Part shown: piece after piece, positions 49,048-57,475 of the stretch | How the letters are laid out: each line of letters opens with the position of its first letter | Numbering within the stretch: the first letter of the stretch is position 1 | Virus record (IMG/VR): IMGVR_UViG_3300031555_004297 | Length of the DNA: 64,000 nucleotides | Origin: a virus | Lineage: Duplodnaviria; Caudoviricetes | Reading direction: 5' to 3' (one strand) | Notes under the pieces: generated by a model | What the model was told of the DNA's origin: nothing | The model's input: the letters and a program-made list of their open reading frames with translations, nothing else | Databases searched by the model: none | Made by a program: the position numbers and the translations under genes

Positions 49048-51291
49048 TTACTTATTATTAGATGCTGCTTCCTCTTTAGCCTTTTTTGCAGCTTCGAGGG
49101 CTTCGCCTTCAAGGAATTCCATAGGATAGATTTCCATAGGCCATTTATAATCCCTTGTTCTAAGAAGTCTTTGATACTCGGCTTCCATATCGATCTTTTC
49201 ATCTTTATGATGGAAGACCATAGGTTCTACGAGTCTTCTAGGATCATCCCAGAAATACATAGGATCGATAAGCATAGCATGCTCTTTCTTCTTGGCAATC
49301 TTATCAAATGTAAGTTTCAATCCCATAGTTTTCAAATAAACATTAAGGATTTCTACATTACGATTCTTAGATTCCATATCAAGCTTAACGTCGACATTGA
49401 ATGCATCGCCAGTAAGCATTGATTCAGTAAGACGTCTTGCGTTAGGAGATGTCGAATAGAGCATCAACATCTGTACAACAAGTTTGGCACCCAGATGAAT
49501 AAGATTTCCGGTTTCCATGTCTCCAAAGCGTATTGGTGTTCTAGAGAACAAGGCACGATAGTTATTACTGGATTTGCTCTTACTATTTTCATTTCTGATA
49601 TTGGTAGCAGACAAAGATGTTACTGAAAACTTCTCTTCTGCATACTGTTTCAGACGATAGATATATTGATATCCGTAAATCATAGGTCTTCTGGAGGGTA
49701 CGTATTTGATTTCTCCAGCAGAATCCTTGATTGGCATCATCATTCTCTCAGGCTTGGCCCAGGGGAATGCTTCATAAAGTTGAGCTAGTTTATCAATCGT
49801 CATGTTCTCGCTCATCGGTTCGATAACGAGATACATGCATTTTTCCTCAGCATAGACATTTGAGATATATGCAATACACTCATCATCTGTCATTCTACTG
49901 AACTGCTCTTCTGTAAAATGTACCATTGAAGGAGCCACGATCTGTAACAACTCAAGATACATTTCAACACATTGACCTACATCGAGCACATTCAGATTTA
50001 TAAATCTGAGCATTTGCATACAGATATAGGTTAAAGAGATTTCAAACAGCTGACCTGCGTTTTCTCTACCATATACGCCACACATGTTTAAGATAACATC
50101 GATTACCTTTCCATCTATGGTTCTCGGCATTTCGCTATCAGGTTTAACTCTTGCAGTAATACCTTTACCGCCATATCTATTGGAGAGTTTATCTCCACGA
50201 AGCACAGGAATCTCTTCTATAAGAGTAATCTCAAGCTCAATATTCGAGAATACACGTTCAGAAAAATACTGCTTACCGCTAAGAATACCTCTGCAATCAG
50301 ATACAAGCTTTGAAAGATCATAATCGAATCTGCATCCAGCATCTACATAAGGCTGAAGAAGATCAATTACTTCATTTGCAAGTCTAATCTTTTCTTCATA
50401 ATATCTCTTAATCTGAGTATTATGAACATACTCCTCTAGTTTTTCAGGAGCATTAGAATATACATCGATATCGACTACTCGACCAGCGACTGTATATCTT
50501 TCATCAGAAATTGAAAGCTCTCTAAGTCTAGCATAAGACTGAGAGAACAAGCATTCTTCCTTCTTCTCTCTACGGAATCCACAAAGAATGCTATTAATTG
50601 TTTCTTCACCAATATCTGGGAAGATCTTATAGACCTCCGAATTACCGTAAAGATTAAGGGGAATATCGTTATCATTAACGACGATTCTTACTTTCTTCAC
50701 AAGTGGAGATGCAAGCTTCTTAGAAGCCGATTCAGAAATAACGATAGCATCCTCCATTGTTTCTTCACATGAAGAATACATTGTCAGAAGGTTTTTGCCA
50801 TCCATACGATTATCATACTCATCAAATGACATACTCTTTTGAATCACTGTACCTTTGGGAATGAAGGTACCAGGACTCATATAGTCAATAGCATCATTAT
50901 TGAGAAGATAGCCATAATTTTCTGTAATGTGTTTATATTCTTTTCTCTCGAAAAGACGGATCTCACCAGTTTCTCTATTTAAAGCAAACATGTAATAGTG
51001 ATGCTTAGGACAGAAAGAAAACTTGGGTATGCATCCGATTACCTCGAGATCATATTCAACCGCAATATATGAAGATGAATTTCGTCCAAATTCATTCTCA
51101 TAGCCAGTCATAATATATGGAACATCGGGAGATATGAGAGATAGTTTCTGCTCAAGCTGGCTTCCGTACATGAGTTTACGAGAACCCGAGTTTGATGGAG
51201 AAAACGGCATCATTGCTCCTTTTCCAAGAATTAAGTCTGGCTTCTCTGTTTGGATACTTTGAATTTCGTTTCGCAAATTAACTGAAGCCAT
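49048..51291 (-). CDS. Phage RNA polymerase beta subunit, C-terminal half (probably non-virion RNAP)
   Basis: GSRKLMYGSQLEQ, GKNL...MEDAIVISES, GDKLSNRYGGKG, GRENAGQ, YIYRLKQ, RFGDME; early promoter 51345-51361. Confidence 0.92.
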   Translation of the reverse strand: MASVNLRNEIQSIQTEKPDLILGKGAMMPFSPSNSGSRKLMYGSQLEQKLSLISPDVPYIMTGYENEFGRNSSSYIAVEYDLEVIGCIPKFSFCPKHHYYMFALNRETGEIRLFERKEYKHITENYGYLLNNDAIDYMSPGTFIPKGTVIQKSMSFDEYDNRMDGKNLLTMYSSCEETMEDAIVISESASKKLASPLVKKVRIVVNDNDIPLNLYGNSEVYKIFPDIGEETINSILCGFRREKKEECLFSQSYARLRELSISDERYTVAGRVVDIDVYSNAPEKLEEYVHNTQIKRYYEEKIRLANEVIDLLQPYVDAGCRFDYDLSKLVSDCRGILSGKQYFSERVFSNIELEITLIEEIPVLRGDKLSNRYGGKGITARVKPDSEMPRTIDGKVIDVILNMCGVYGRENAGQLFEISLTYICMQMLRFINLNVLDVGQCVEMYLELLQIVAPSMVHFTEEQFSRMTDDECIAYISNVYAEEKCMYLVIEPMSENMTIDKLAQLYEAFPWAKPERMMMPIKDSAGEIKYVPSRRPMIYGYQYIYRLKQYAEEKFSVTSLSATNIRNENSKSKSSNNYRALFSRTPIRFGDMETGNLIHLGAKLVVQMLMLYSTSPNARRLTESMLTGDAFNVDVKLDMESKNRNVEILNVYLKTMGLKLTFDKIAKKKEHAMLIDPMYFWDDPRRLVEPMVFHHKDEKIDMEAEYQRLLRTRDYKWPMEIYPMEFLEGEALEAAKKAKEEAASNNK

Positions 51292-51378
51292 AGTTTTATT
51301 CTCCTTTATTTCTCTTTAAAAGATCTGATGAGAGTAGACCCTCATCAGATCTATAATATATTTACAAACAGCTATTTA

Positions 51379-52629
51379 TTACATTGCTGCTGCAAGTTCT
51401 GCATTGATAGCAGAATTAATATCATCTACGATAGAATAATTAAACTCATCAAGAGTTTGTTCTACATCGTATCTATCAAGCTCATCCTTAAGCATTGCCA
51501 TTACTTCCTGGATAAATGCTTGACGAAGTTCAGGAATCTCTCTAAGCTTTTCTTTGAAAGCCTTCTGAGAGAACTTGTATTCTGATTTATCTCCAATATA
51601 TAAGTAAGCTCCAGCACCATTAATTCTCTTGGCATTCTTAAGCATTACAAACAAGGAGAGTTCAGGATCAAATCCTCTGGTTTGATCAAATACCAAAGTA
51701 CAGCTCTTTCCGGCTCTATTAGTTCTAGATTTAACAAGAGTCAAATCTACCATATTTCCGGAAATACCAAACGCTTCATCTTCTTTCATCTTTGAATTAT
51801 CATCGAATCTAAGAAGAAGGTTTGTAAGATAAATTGCAGTATTACCACCAGGAAGCGTCTCATCCTGTTTGAGATAACTTACCTGCGACTTAGTTCTCTG
51901 CATAGGATTAATATCGATCTTCTTATTGATATGATTAATCATAATAAGAATGATATTAGCACTCTTAAGCATAGGGATAACGCGCTTAAATGTGCTAGAG
52001 TTTGTCTTTGATGCTGCAGTTGCACTCATCGACCCGGAAAGTTCCTCCTCCTCAGTATACTTTTCAGGCATAAGAAGTGCAAGAGAGTCAAGAATATAAA
52101 CTGTAGGCTCTAGTTTATAAATTCTCTCGCCACGAGAATCGAAATATCCAGTATCATATTCATAATCTTCTCTATTCTCAAGTTTAAGATCATGAATCAT
52201 CTTAATACGCTCATAGAAGTTTTCAGCAGTAATACCAGTATTTCTAGAGATATATTTCTGCTCAAGAAGTTCTCCATGGAATCCAGAAAGAAGTTCTTTA
52301 CGATTGGCATCGATACCTCCTTCGATATCATCATGGAAAATACATCCATTAGCAAAAGGTCTTACAATGTTTGCAGCTACCTGAACTGCAAATGTGGTTT
52401 TACCACATCCAGATCTACCGATAAAACATACGAGAGAACCATCTTGAATACCAGTAGAATAATAATTGAACTTTCGTTCATTAGATCTTACATGAACAAC
52501 CGTTCCATTCATGAAGTCAAAGTTCAGAAATCCAGTAGAATAGCTTGCACCAGCCCCAGATTCTGCTTTCATGCGATAATCTTTGTGTTTAGACACTGCC
52601 TGTCTAAACGTTGTAGCAAGAGTACCCAT
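51379..52629 (-). CDS. recA: RecA/UvsX recombinase
   Basis: YSTGFLNFD, GRSGCGKTT, ILDSLALL, IMINH, LPGGN, LVKSR. Confidence 0.85.
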   Translation of the reverse strand: MGTLATTFRQAVSKHKDYRMKAESGAGASYSTGFLNFDFMNGTVVHVRSNERKFNYYSTGIQDGSLVCFIGRSGCGKTTFAVQVAANIVRPFANGCIFHDDIEGGIDANRKELLSGFHGELLEQKYISRNTGITAENFYERIKMIHDLKLENREDYEYDTGYFDSRGERIYKLEPTVYILDSLALLMPEKYTEEEELSGSMSATAASKTNSSTFKRVIPMLKSANIILIMINHINKKIDINPMQRTKSQVSYLKQDETLPGGNTAIYLTNLLLRFDDNSKMKEDEAFGISGNMVDLTLVKSRTNRAGKSCTLVFDQTRGFDPELSLFVMLKNAKRINGAGAYLYIGDKSEYKFSQKAFKEKLREIPELRQAFIQEVMAMLKDELDRYDVEQTLDEFNYSIVDDINSAINAELAAAM

Positions 52630-52741
52630 ATTAATTTATCCTCCTTTTAAAGTTACTCATAACTATTGTGTTATTAAAAAGTTATGGGCTATATAAATAT
52701 ATAAAAAATAAGAGCGTACCGAAGTACGCTCTTAAAAGATT

Positions 52742-53620
52742 TTACGGAATCTGTTTTCCGTCGGACGAAGACAAGTAGTCAACGACCCTCGTGATTTTAG
52801 AATAATCTCCGCTTAATGCATGAAGACTAAATCTTACCTGAGGATATCCTGCAAACTCCCATTCTGCAGCATAACCAATCAATACTTTTCTGATATTCTC
52901 AGAAGTCATGTTGTTGAGAATTACCAGAACGGCAAGTCCTACAGTTCCATATACTTCTACAAAATTATCACCAAAATCAATCTGCTGACGAAGAGTATAA
53001 CAGTCAAACATTGTTGCATAAAACAGATCAGAAATTCTATCGAATAGCTTTTCATAAATCCATACAATTGTCTGCTCTGTCATGACATCTGGATCTCTCA
53101 TATAAATAGCAAAATTAAGACGAGCTACATTCGTTCTTTCATTTGCTGAAGAATATCTACAGAGAGCCAAATTGCATGCGGTATTTTCATCAAGACCAAT
53201 CGAGATAAGTCTATTGATTGCCTCTCTATTAACAACTCTGCTCATATTCAAGTATTGAAGCTTGATATTAGGATCAGGGTTATCAGAAGTAAAGTAATCA
53301 TAAGTGATCTTGTTACATGCTAGCTTGGTATTATAGTCAATCGGAATAGAATTGATTGCTCTAATAAAGCTAGAAATAAATTTTTGGTCTCTAAAAAGAG
53401 GGCCATAATCTTGATCATTTTGAAGTATATCCATAGCGATGACATCTATATTATTCTTGATCAGAATTGCAAGATTGTGTTCATCCATCTGCGGAATACT
53501 AGGAATCGATTGTTTAAAAATATTTCGATTAAGCTGATCGAAACTAGCTGATACTAATTTAGGTGTAACAGGCTGCATATTCTGCACCTGATTATAAAAT
53601 CCTTCAAGTGGATAAGGCAT
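52742..53620 (-). CDS. Hypothetical protein
   Basis: 292 aa, AAAGGAGG RBS. Confidence 0.8.
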   Translation of the reverse strand: MPYPLEGFYNQVQNMQPVTPKLVSASFDQLNRNIFKQSIPSIPQMDEHNLAILIKNNIDVIAMDILQNDQDYGPLFRDQKFISSFIRAINSIPIDYNTKLACNKITYDYFTSDNPDPNIKLQYLNMSRVVNREAINRLISIGLDENTACNLALCRYSSANERTNVARLNFAIYMRDPDVMTEQTIVWIYEKLFDRISDLFYATMFDCYTLRQQIDFGDNFVEVYGTVGLAVLVILNNMTSENIRKVLIGYAAEWEFAGYPQVRFSLHALSGDYSKITRVVDYLSSSDGKQIP

Positions 53621-53806
53621 ATATTTTACCTCCTTTATAATATAAAGATTTATGTAATTTCTATATTATAATATGTAGTCAAATTATTTTTAAGAAAAAA
53701 TAAATTTATCTTTTGGGTTAGATAGGAAGGAGCTTGACTCTCCTTCCTATCTATGAGGATAAATTTAAATGATTTTGATAAGTTGGCAAGCTTATATTCA
53801 CATCAT

Positions 53807-54343
53807 TTATCTGTAAGTTGGTTGTGCATTATCTTTTAAATATTCTTTTCTATCATTTTCGATAGCTCTTATGAATGCATTGACTCGATCAGTGGCTCCA
53901 AAGAATCCCATCCAATGGTGTTCAAAATCCCACCAGAAATTATTATGGATTCTTCTCCATCTAAGATCTTCAATATCTCTTCCTCCATCTGTAAAATGAC
54001 ACCAGAGATAACAAGGTTCTTTTAAACCTCTATCATTTCCTTTTCTGGAATATGCTGCGATAGAATTTTGAATAGTTTCGAAATCGTCTTCATGACAGAA
54101 GATATAGAAAGGTGTATCTGCCATATTTTTAAGATAAGATTCGCGGAGAGCGTATTTATTATAGTTCTCCATAATATATTCAAAGCTTCTTCTTGAAGCT
54201 CCGAATTCGTATTCTGCTGATCCCATGTAATTGAAATACACGAACTTGTTATTCCCATATCCGAGGACAATTTCTTCAGATTTGATATCTTTTTCGATCT
54301 GACCTGTTTGAATTAGGTAAAATTGCATTACTTGATTACACAT
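53807..54343 (-). CDS. Hypothetical protein
   Basis: 178 aa; FNYMGSAEYEFGA motif. Confidence 0.75.
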   Translation of the reverse strand: MCNQVMQFYLIQTGQIEKDIKSEEIVLGYGNNKFVYFNYMGSAEYEFGASRRSFEYIMENYNKYALRESYLKNMADTPFYIFCHEDDFETIQNSIAAYSRKGNDRGLKEPCYLWCHFTDGGRDIEDLRWRRIHNNFWWDFEHHWMGFFGATDRVNAFIRAIENDRKEYLKDNAQPTYR

Positions 54344-54437
54344 TAGAATTGTTCCTTTCTTTTAACTACGATGGCCTGCATGCGTAATACTATTTGCAGC
54401 ATCTTTAGCATTGTTAACTCCTATATTTAAATATGTA

Positions 54438-55325
54438 TTAGTTGTTGGGTACGATATATACGTTGATATTGGTATTTGTGATTGCATAGCAAGAGTTGTG
54501 TGTAGGGCATGCTATATCAATTGTGCTAGTTCCAAGATAACCCCTATCTTCAACTACATAAAAGCCATAGCCTTCGATATAGAGGGTGGTTCCAAAAGGA
54601 ATATTCTCAGGGGCTGCTACACTATACCCACAAATCATGCTTACGCCTGCTGCACCAGTTCCATCTGTGTTCTCGCAACAGTGCTCACAAGAAGGGGTAT
54701 AACCTGTGATCTTATAAGATCCAAGTTTTGTGAAATTAGAGGTGTCTACTTTACCAGTATAATTCTTCATAATCTCATCGAGTTCAGGAACAGTAATATC
54801 TACTGCTGGATTAGAACGCTGGCCGTATCTATAAGAGGTCTTGGGGCCTGCTTTGATAGTTTTTCCAGCCATCTTTTTATTCCATGCTTCAATGTTTTCT
54901 GTATTCTCATTCTGGATAGTATCCATAAGAGCTACAAAAGAAGGATCATTTGCATCAGGAATTCTAAGAGTTTTACCGATATGAAGAATATCGGTTGTCT
55001 CCATATTATTAAATCTTGCAAGAGCTTTATAATACAAACCTGTATCATAAAATTTAACGCTGATAGACCAATAGTTATCGCCAGACTGAACAGTGTAAGA
55101 CTTGGTTTCGTATGTAATTTCAGGCTGCTTAATGGTTGTGGGTGCTTCTGTTGCGATTATGGTAGAATTGTTATCGTTAGCATCATCGATATCAGCTTTT
55201 TGGCATCCAGATACAATAAGAGTGATAACAAGAACGATTGCAGCAATAGCTACAAGAACAAGTTCTCCAAAGATAACTTTGATAAGGGTTTCCTGTGTTT
55301 TTGTAAAGTTGTTGTGTGTACTCAT
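54438..55325 (-). CDS. Membrane-anchored LysM plus 3D-domain cell wall protein
   Basis: Hydrophobic N-terminus ending VSGC; YTVQSGDNYWSIS LysM; KITGY..VAAPENIPFGT..VEDRG..IDI 3D domain. Confidence 0.88.
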   Translation of the reverse strand: MSTHNNFTKTQETLIKVIFGELVLVAIAAIVLVITLIVSGCQKADIDDANDNNSTIIATEAPTTIKQPEITYETKSYTVQSGDNYWSISVKFYDTGLYYKALARFNNMETTDILHIGKTLRIPDANDPSFVALMDTIQNENTENIEAWNKKMAGKTIKAGPKTSYRYGQRSNPAVDITVPELDEIMKNYTGKVDTSNFTKLGSYKITGYTPSCEHCCENTDGTGAAGVSMICGYSVAAPENIPFGTTLYIEGYGFYVVEDRGYLGTSTIDIACPTHNSCYAITNTNINVYIVPNN

Positions 55326-55459
55326 TTTGGTTTCTCCTTAATTTTAGAAATAATAATTTTAATGGTAGTTTCGAATTTAAACTCGTATTAATTTAGGGGG
55401 TTGCTTGATACGTAATAAAAATATACCGACAGGGTCTTCTCTCCCTGTCGGTATATTAA

Positions 55460-55621
55460 TTACTTAGATTGCTTAGTCTTCTGAGGATCCTCAGGCTTAT
55501 TCGGTGTCTGCGTGGGTTGGGGCTGCTGATTGAGCTCATTTTCTTTTACGGGCTGGAAGCCGAGACCGTTACCTACTACAAATCCCTGCTCCTGGATTAC
55601 TCCATAATTCTTGTTGCTCAT
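55460..55621 (-). CDS. Small hypothetical protein (53 aa)
   Basis: AAGGAGG RBS, late promoter 55648-55659, terminator 55421-55456. Confidence 0.7.
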   Translation of the reverse strand: MSNKNYGVIQEQGFVVGNGLGFQPVKENELNQQPQPTQTPNKPEDPQKTKQSK

Positions 55622-55711
55622 ATAGATAAATTCCTCCTTTCTATATTTAAATAAATGTTGATTTTTTGACCATTTACTATATGAATCATGATTATAATAT
55701 ATGGTCAAAGA

Positions 55712-55815
55712 AAGGAAGAATAACGGGGAACATCCCCGTTATTCTATGTGTCATTGAAAAGCGTTTAAAAATATATGTACGGCAGGAGGTGTACAAACAA
55801 TTCCGAAAAGCTTTT
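55712..55815 (-). ncRNA. Candidate small RNA or 3' UTR RNA with anti-SD loop
   Basis: Hairpin TGTAC-ACCTCCTGCC-GTACA at 55776-55795; AACC-N6-TA upstream; terminator 55717-55746. Confidence 0.4.
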
Positions 55816-55824
55816 ATTATATGG

Positions 55825-56553
55825 TTATTCCGTTTCTCTTACTATCTTAGCTTGTTTGCCAGCAATAGTCTTAGGAAGCATATAATCATGATTCAAAATA
55901 TTTGTATTAAGAAGAGAAGAGATCATATAAGTATTTAAAGTATTCTTTGCAATAGAATCAACCTCATCAATTGGAATATCGTCTTTAGATACTTTACCCA
56001 TTGTAGAAATAGTCTGATATGCAATAGATTTTGCATTCATATAGTCTGCTCTCCAAGTCGAAAGCTCATCCATGGTCTTATCAAGACCCATGACGGCCAA
56101 CGCTTCCATTTCACGGTCACTAGTCTTTCCACCTTTATCAAAGGATACGAGCAGGCCAGATTTCATATCTCTATGGTCAATACTAGAAGGTGTAGAGTTC
56201 TTCTTTGTAATAAACTGTTTCATCTTCTTAATATGGATATAAATTACCATAGCTTCTTTAGACCAAACAGGATTGCCATTTTTATCTTTATAAAGGTAAG
56301 GAAGTGCTACTTTCTCAAGAAGCGGTACATTAAGCACTTTCAAAGCTTCTTCAATGTCATACATTTTAGGTTCAACAACAAAAGGTTTTGTATGAAATCT
56401 AAAAGGAAGATCCCTTTTACAAAATCTCATAAATTGCTCATCACTCATTTTAGCAAAGAGTGCTTTATAATAAGAAGAATTATATTCGTCTTTATCAAGC
56501 TTATCCATTACTGTATAGATAAGCTCTTCTGCCTTTTTACGTTGTGGTGTCAT
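55825..56553 (-). CDS. Probable virion RNAP subunit corresponding to the C-terminus of beta
   Basis: IHIKKMKQFITKKNS resembles YMLKLxHLVxDKxH; GGKTSDREMEALAVMGLDKTMDELSTWRAD resembles [31 protein letters not shown]. Confidence 0.72.
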   Translation of the reverse strand: MTPQRKKAEELIYTVMDKLDKDEYNSSYYKALFAKMSDEQFMRFCKRDLPFRFHTKPFVVEPKMYDIEEALKVLNVPLLEKVALPYLYKDKNGNPVWSKEAMVIYIHIKKMKQFITKKNSTPSSIDHRDMKSGLLVSFDKGGKTSDREMEALAVMGLDKTMDELSTWRADYMNAKSIAYQTISTMGKVSKDDIPIDEVDSIAKNTLNTYMISSLLNTNILNHDYMLPKTIAGKQAKIVRETE

Positions 56554-56624
56554 ATATGGTTATCCTCCATTTCCTATAAAGGATTTATCTATAATTATAT
56601 TTATGTCCAAAGAAAAATGAAGTA

Positions 56625-56989
56625 AATTAAAAAGAAAGACACGAGTAGGGCCCTACTCGTGTCTCCCTCATCAATGACATAAAACAAGAAAGTGTTTATA
56701 TTAAATCATCAATGAGGATTATATATAAGAAAAGAAACCAATCATAAAATGAATGCGTAAGAGAGGTGATACGCAGCATGATAAAGGATAGCAGTTATAA
56801 AGTAAGAAGTATTAAATTCAGAGGAGATCTCTTAAAATAAATTATACTTTGATAAGGTGAGCCTGTTACATCGGCTAAAATGTAAAGATAATCTTATTTT
56901 GAAAAGATATCTTGAATAAAACCTTTTCTTCGCCGGAAAGGTGTAACTGTTAAATCCCTTAAAGATTGAGGGATGATGTAGTTTCTTTT
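56625..56989 (-). ncRNA. Candidate structured ncRNA (about 360 nt)
   Basis: AACA-ATAATA-TA promoter 56989-57000, end-pairing stem, multiple hairpins, terminator GACACGAGTAGG/CCTACTCGTGTC plus U tract. Confidence 0.5.
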
Positions 56990-57084
56990 ATATTATTGTT
57001 AAGAATAATATTGGAATTTTTATTTTTATAATATTTTACTATTTTATTATAATTATAGAAAAAGAAATCCTCCCGGATTTCTTT

Positions 57085-57222
57085 CCCGTAGTATGGTTTT
57101 CCCGTAGTATGGTTTTCCCGTAGTATGGTTTTTCCGTAGTATGGTTTTTCCGTAGTATGGTTTTTCCGTAGTATGGTTTTTCCGTAGTATGGTTTTTCCG
57201 TAGTATGGTTTTTCCGTAGTAT
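57085..57222. repeat. Tandem array of 16-bp units YCCGTAGTATGGTTTT (8 full plus 1 partial)
   Basis: Directly visible; flanked by very AT-rich DNA. Confidence 0.95.
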
Positions 57223-57326
57223 AATTAATTAATAAGTAGTACTTCGTACCTTTAATTAGTAATTAGGAAATTAAAAAAAATATGAAATATTTTTGTAATA
57301 AAATAAAATCTTACGAACTTTAGAAT

Positions 57327-57475
57327 AAAGCTGGTGGATGAAGGTGGAGAGGTGTGTCACGCTTCGCCTCTTTCTGGCATCTTGTCATATGGAAACTCCT
57401 TTTTTATATTTTTGACATGTACCTTAAAACACAACAAGAACCATAGTAGACAAAAGTCTACTATGGTTTCTTTTT
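57327..57475 (+). ncRNA. Candidate small RNA with anti-AUG/anti-SD segment
   Basis: AACT-TTAGAA-TA promoter 57316-57327; CATATGGAAACTCCTTTT at 57386-57403; terminator 57436-57475. Confidence 0.45.

Noticed and set aside
53720-53806. Further anti-TIR sRNA (CATTTAAATTTATCCTC)
   Set aside because: No separate promoter and weak SD complementarity; may be an ordinary 3' UTR
54411-55391. 326-aa + strand ORF
   Set aside because: Antisense to the well-supported LysM-3D gene
57085-57222. CRISPR array
   Set aside because: Units are contiguous 16-mers with no unique spacers and there are no cas genes
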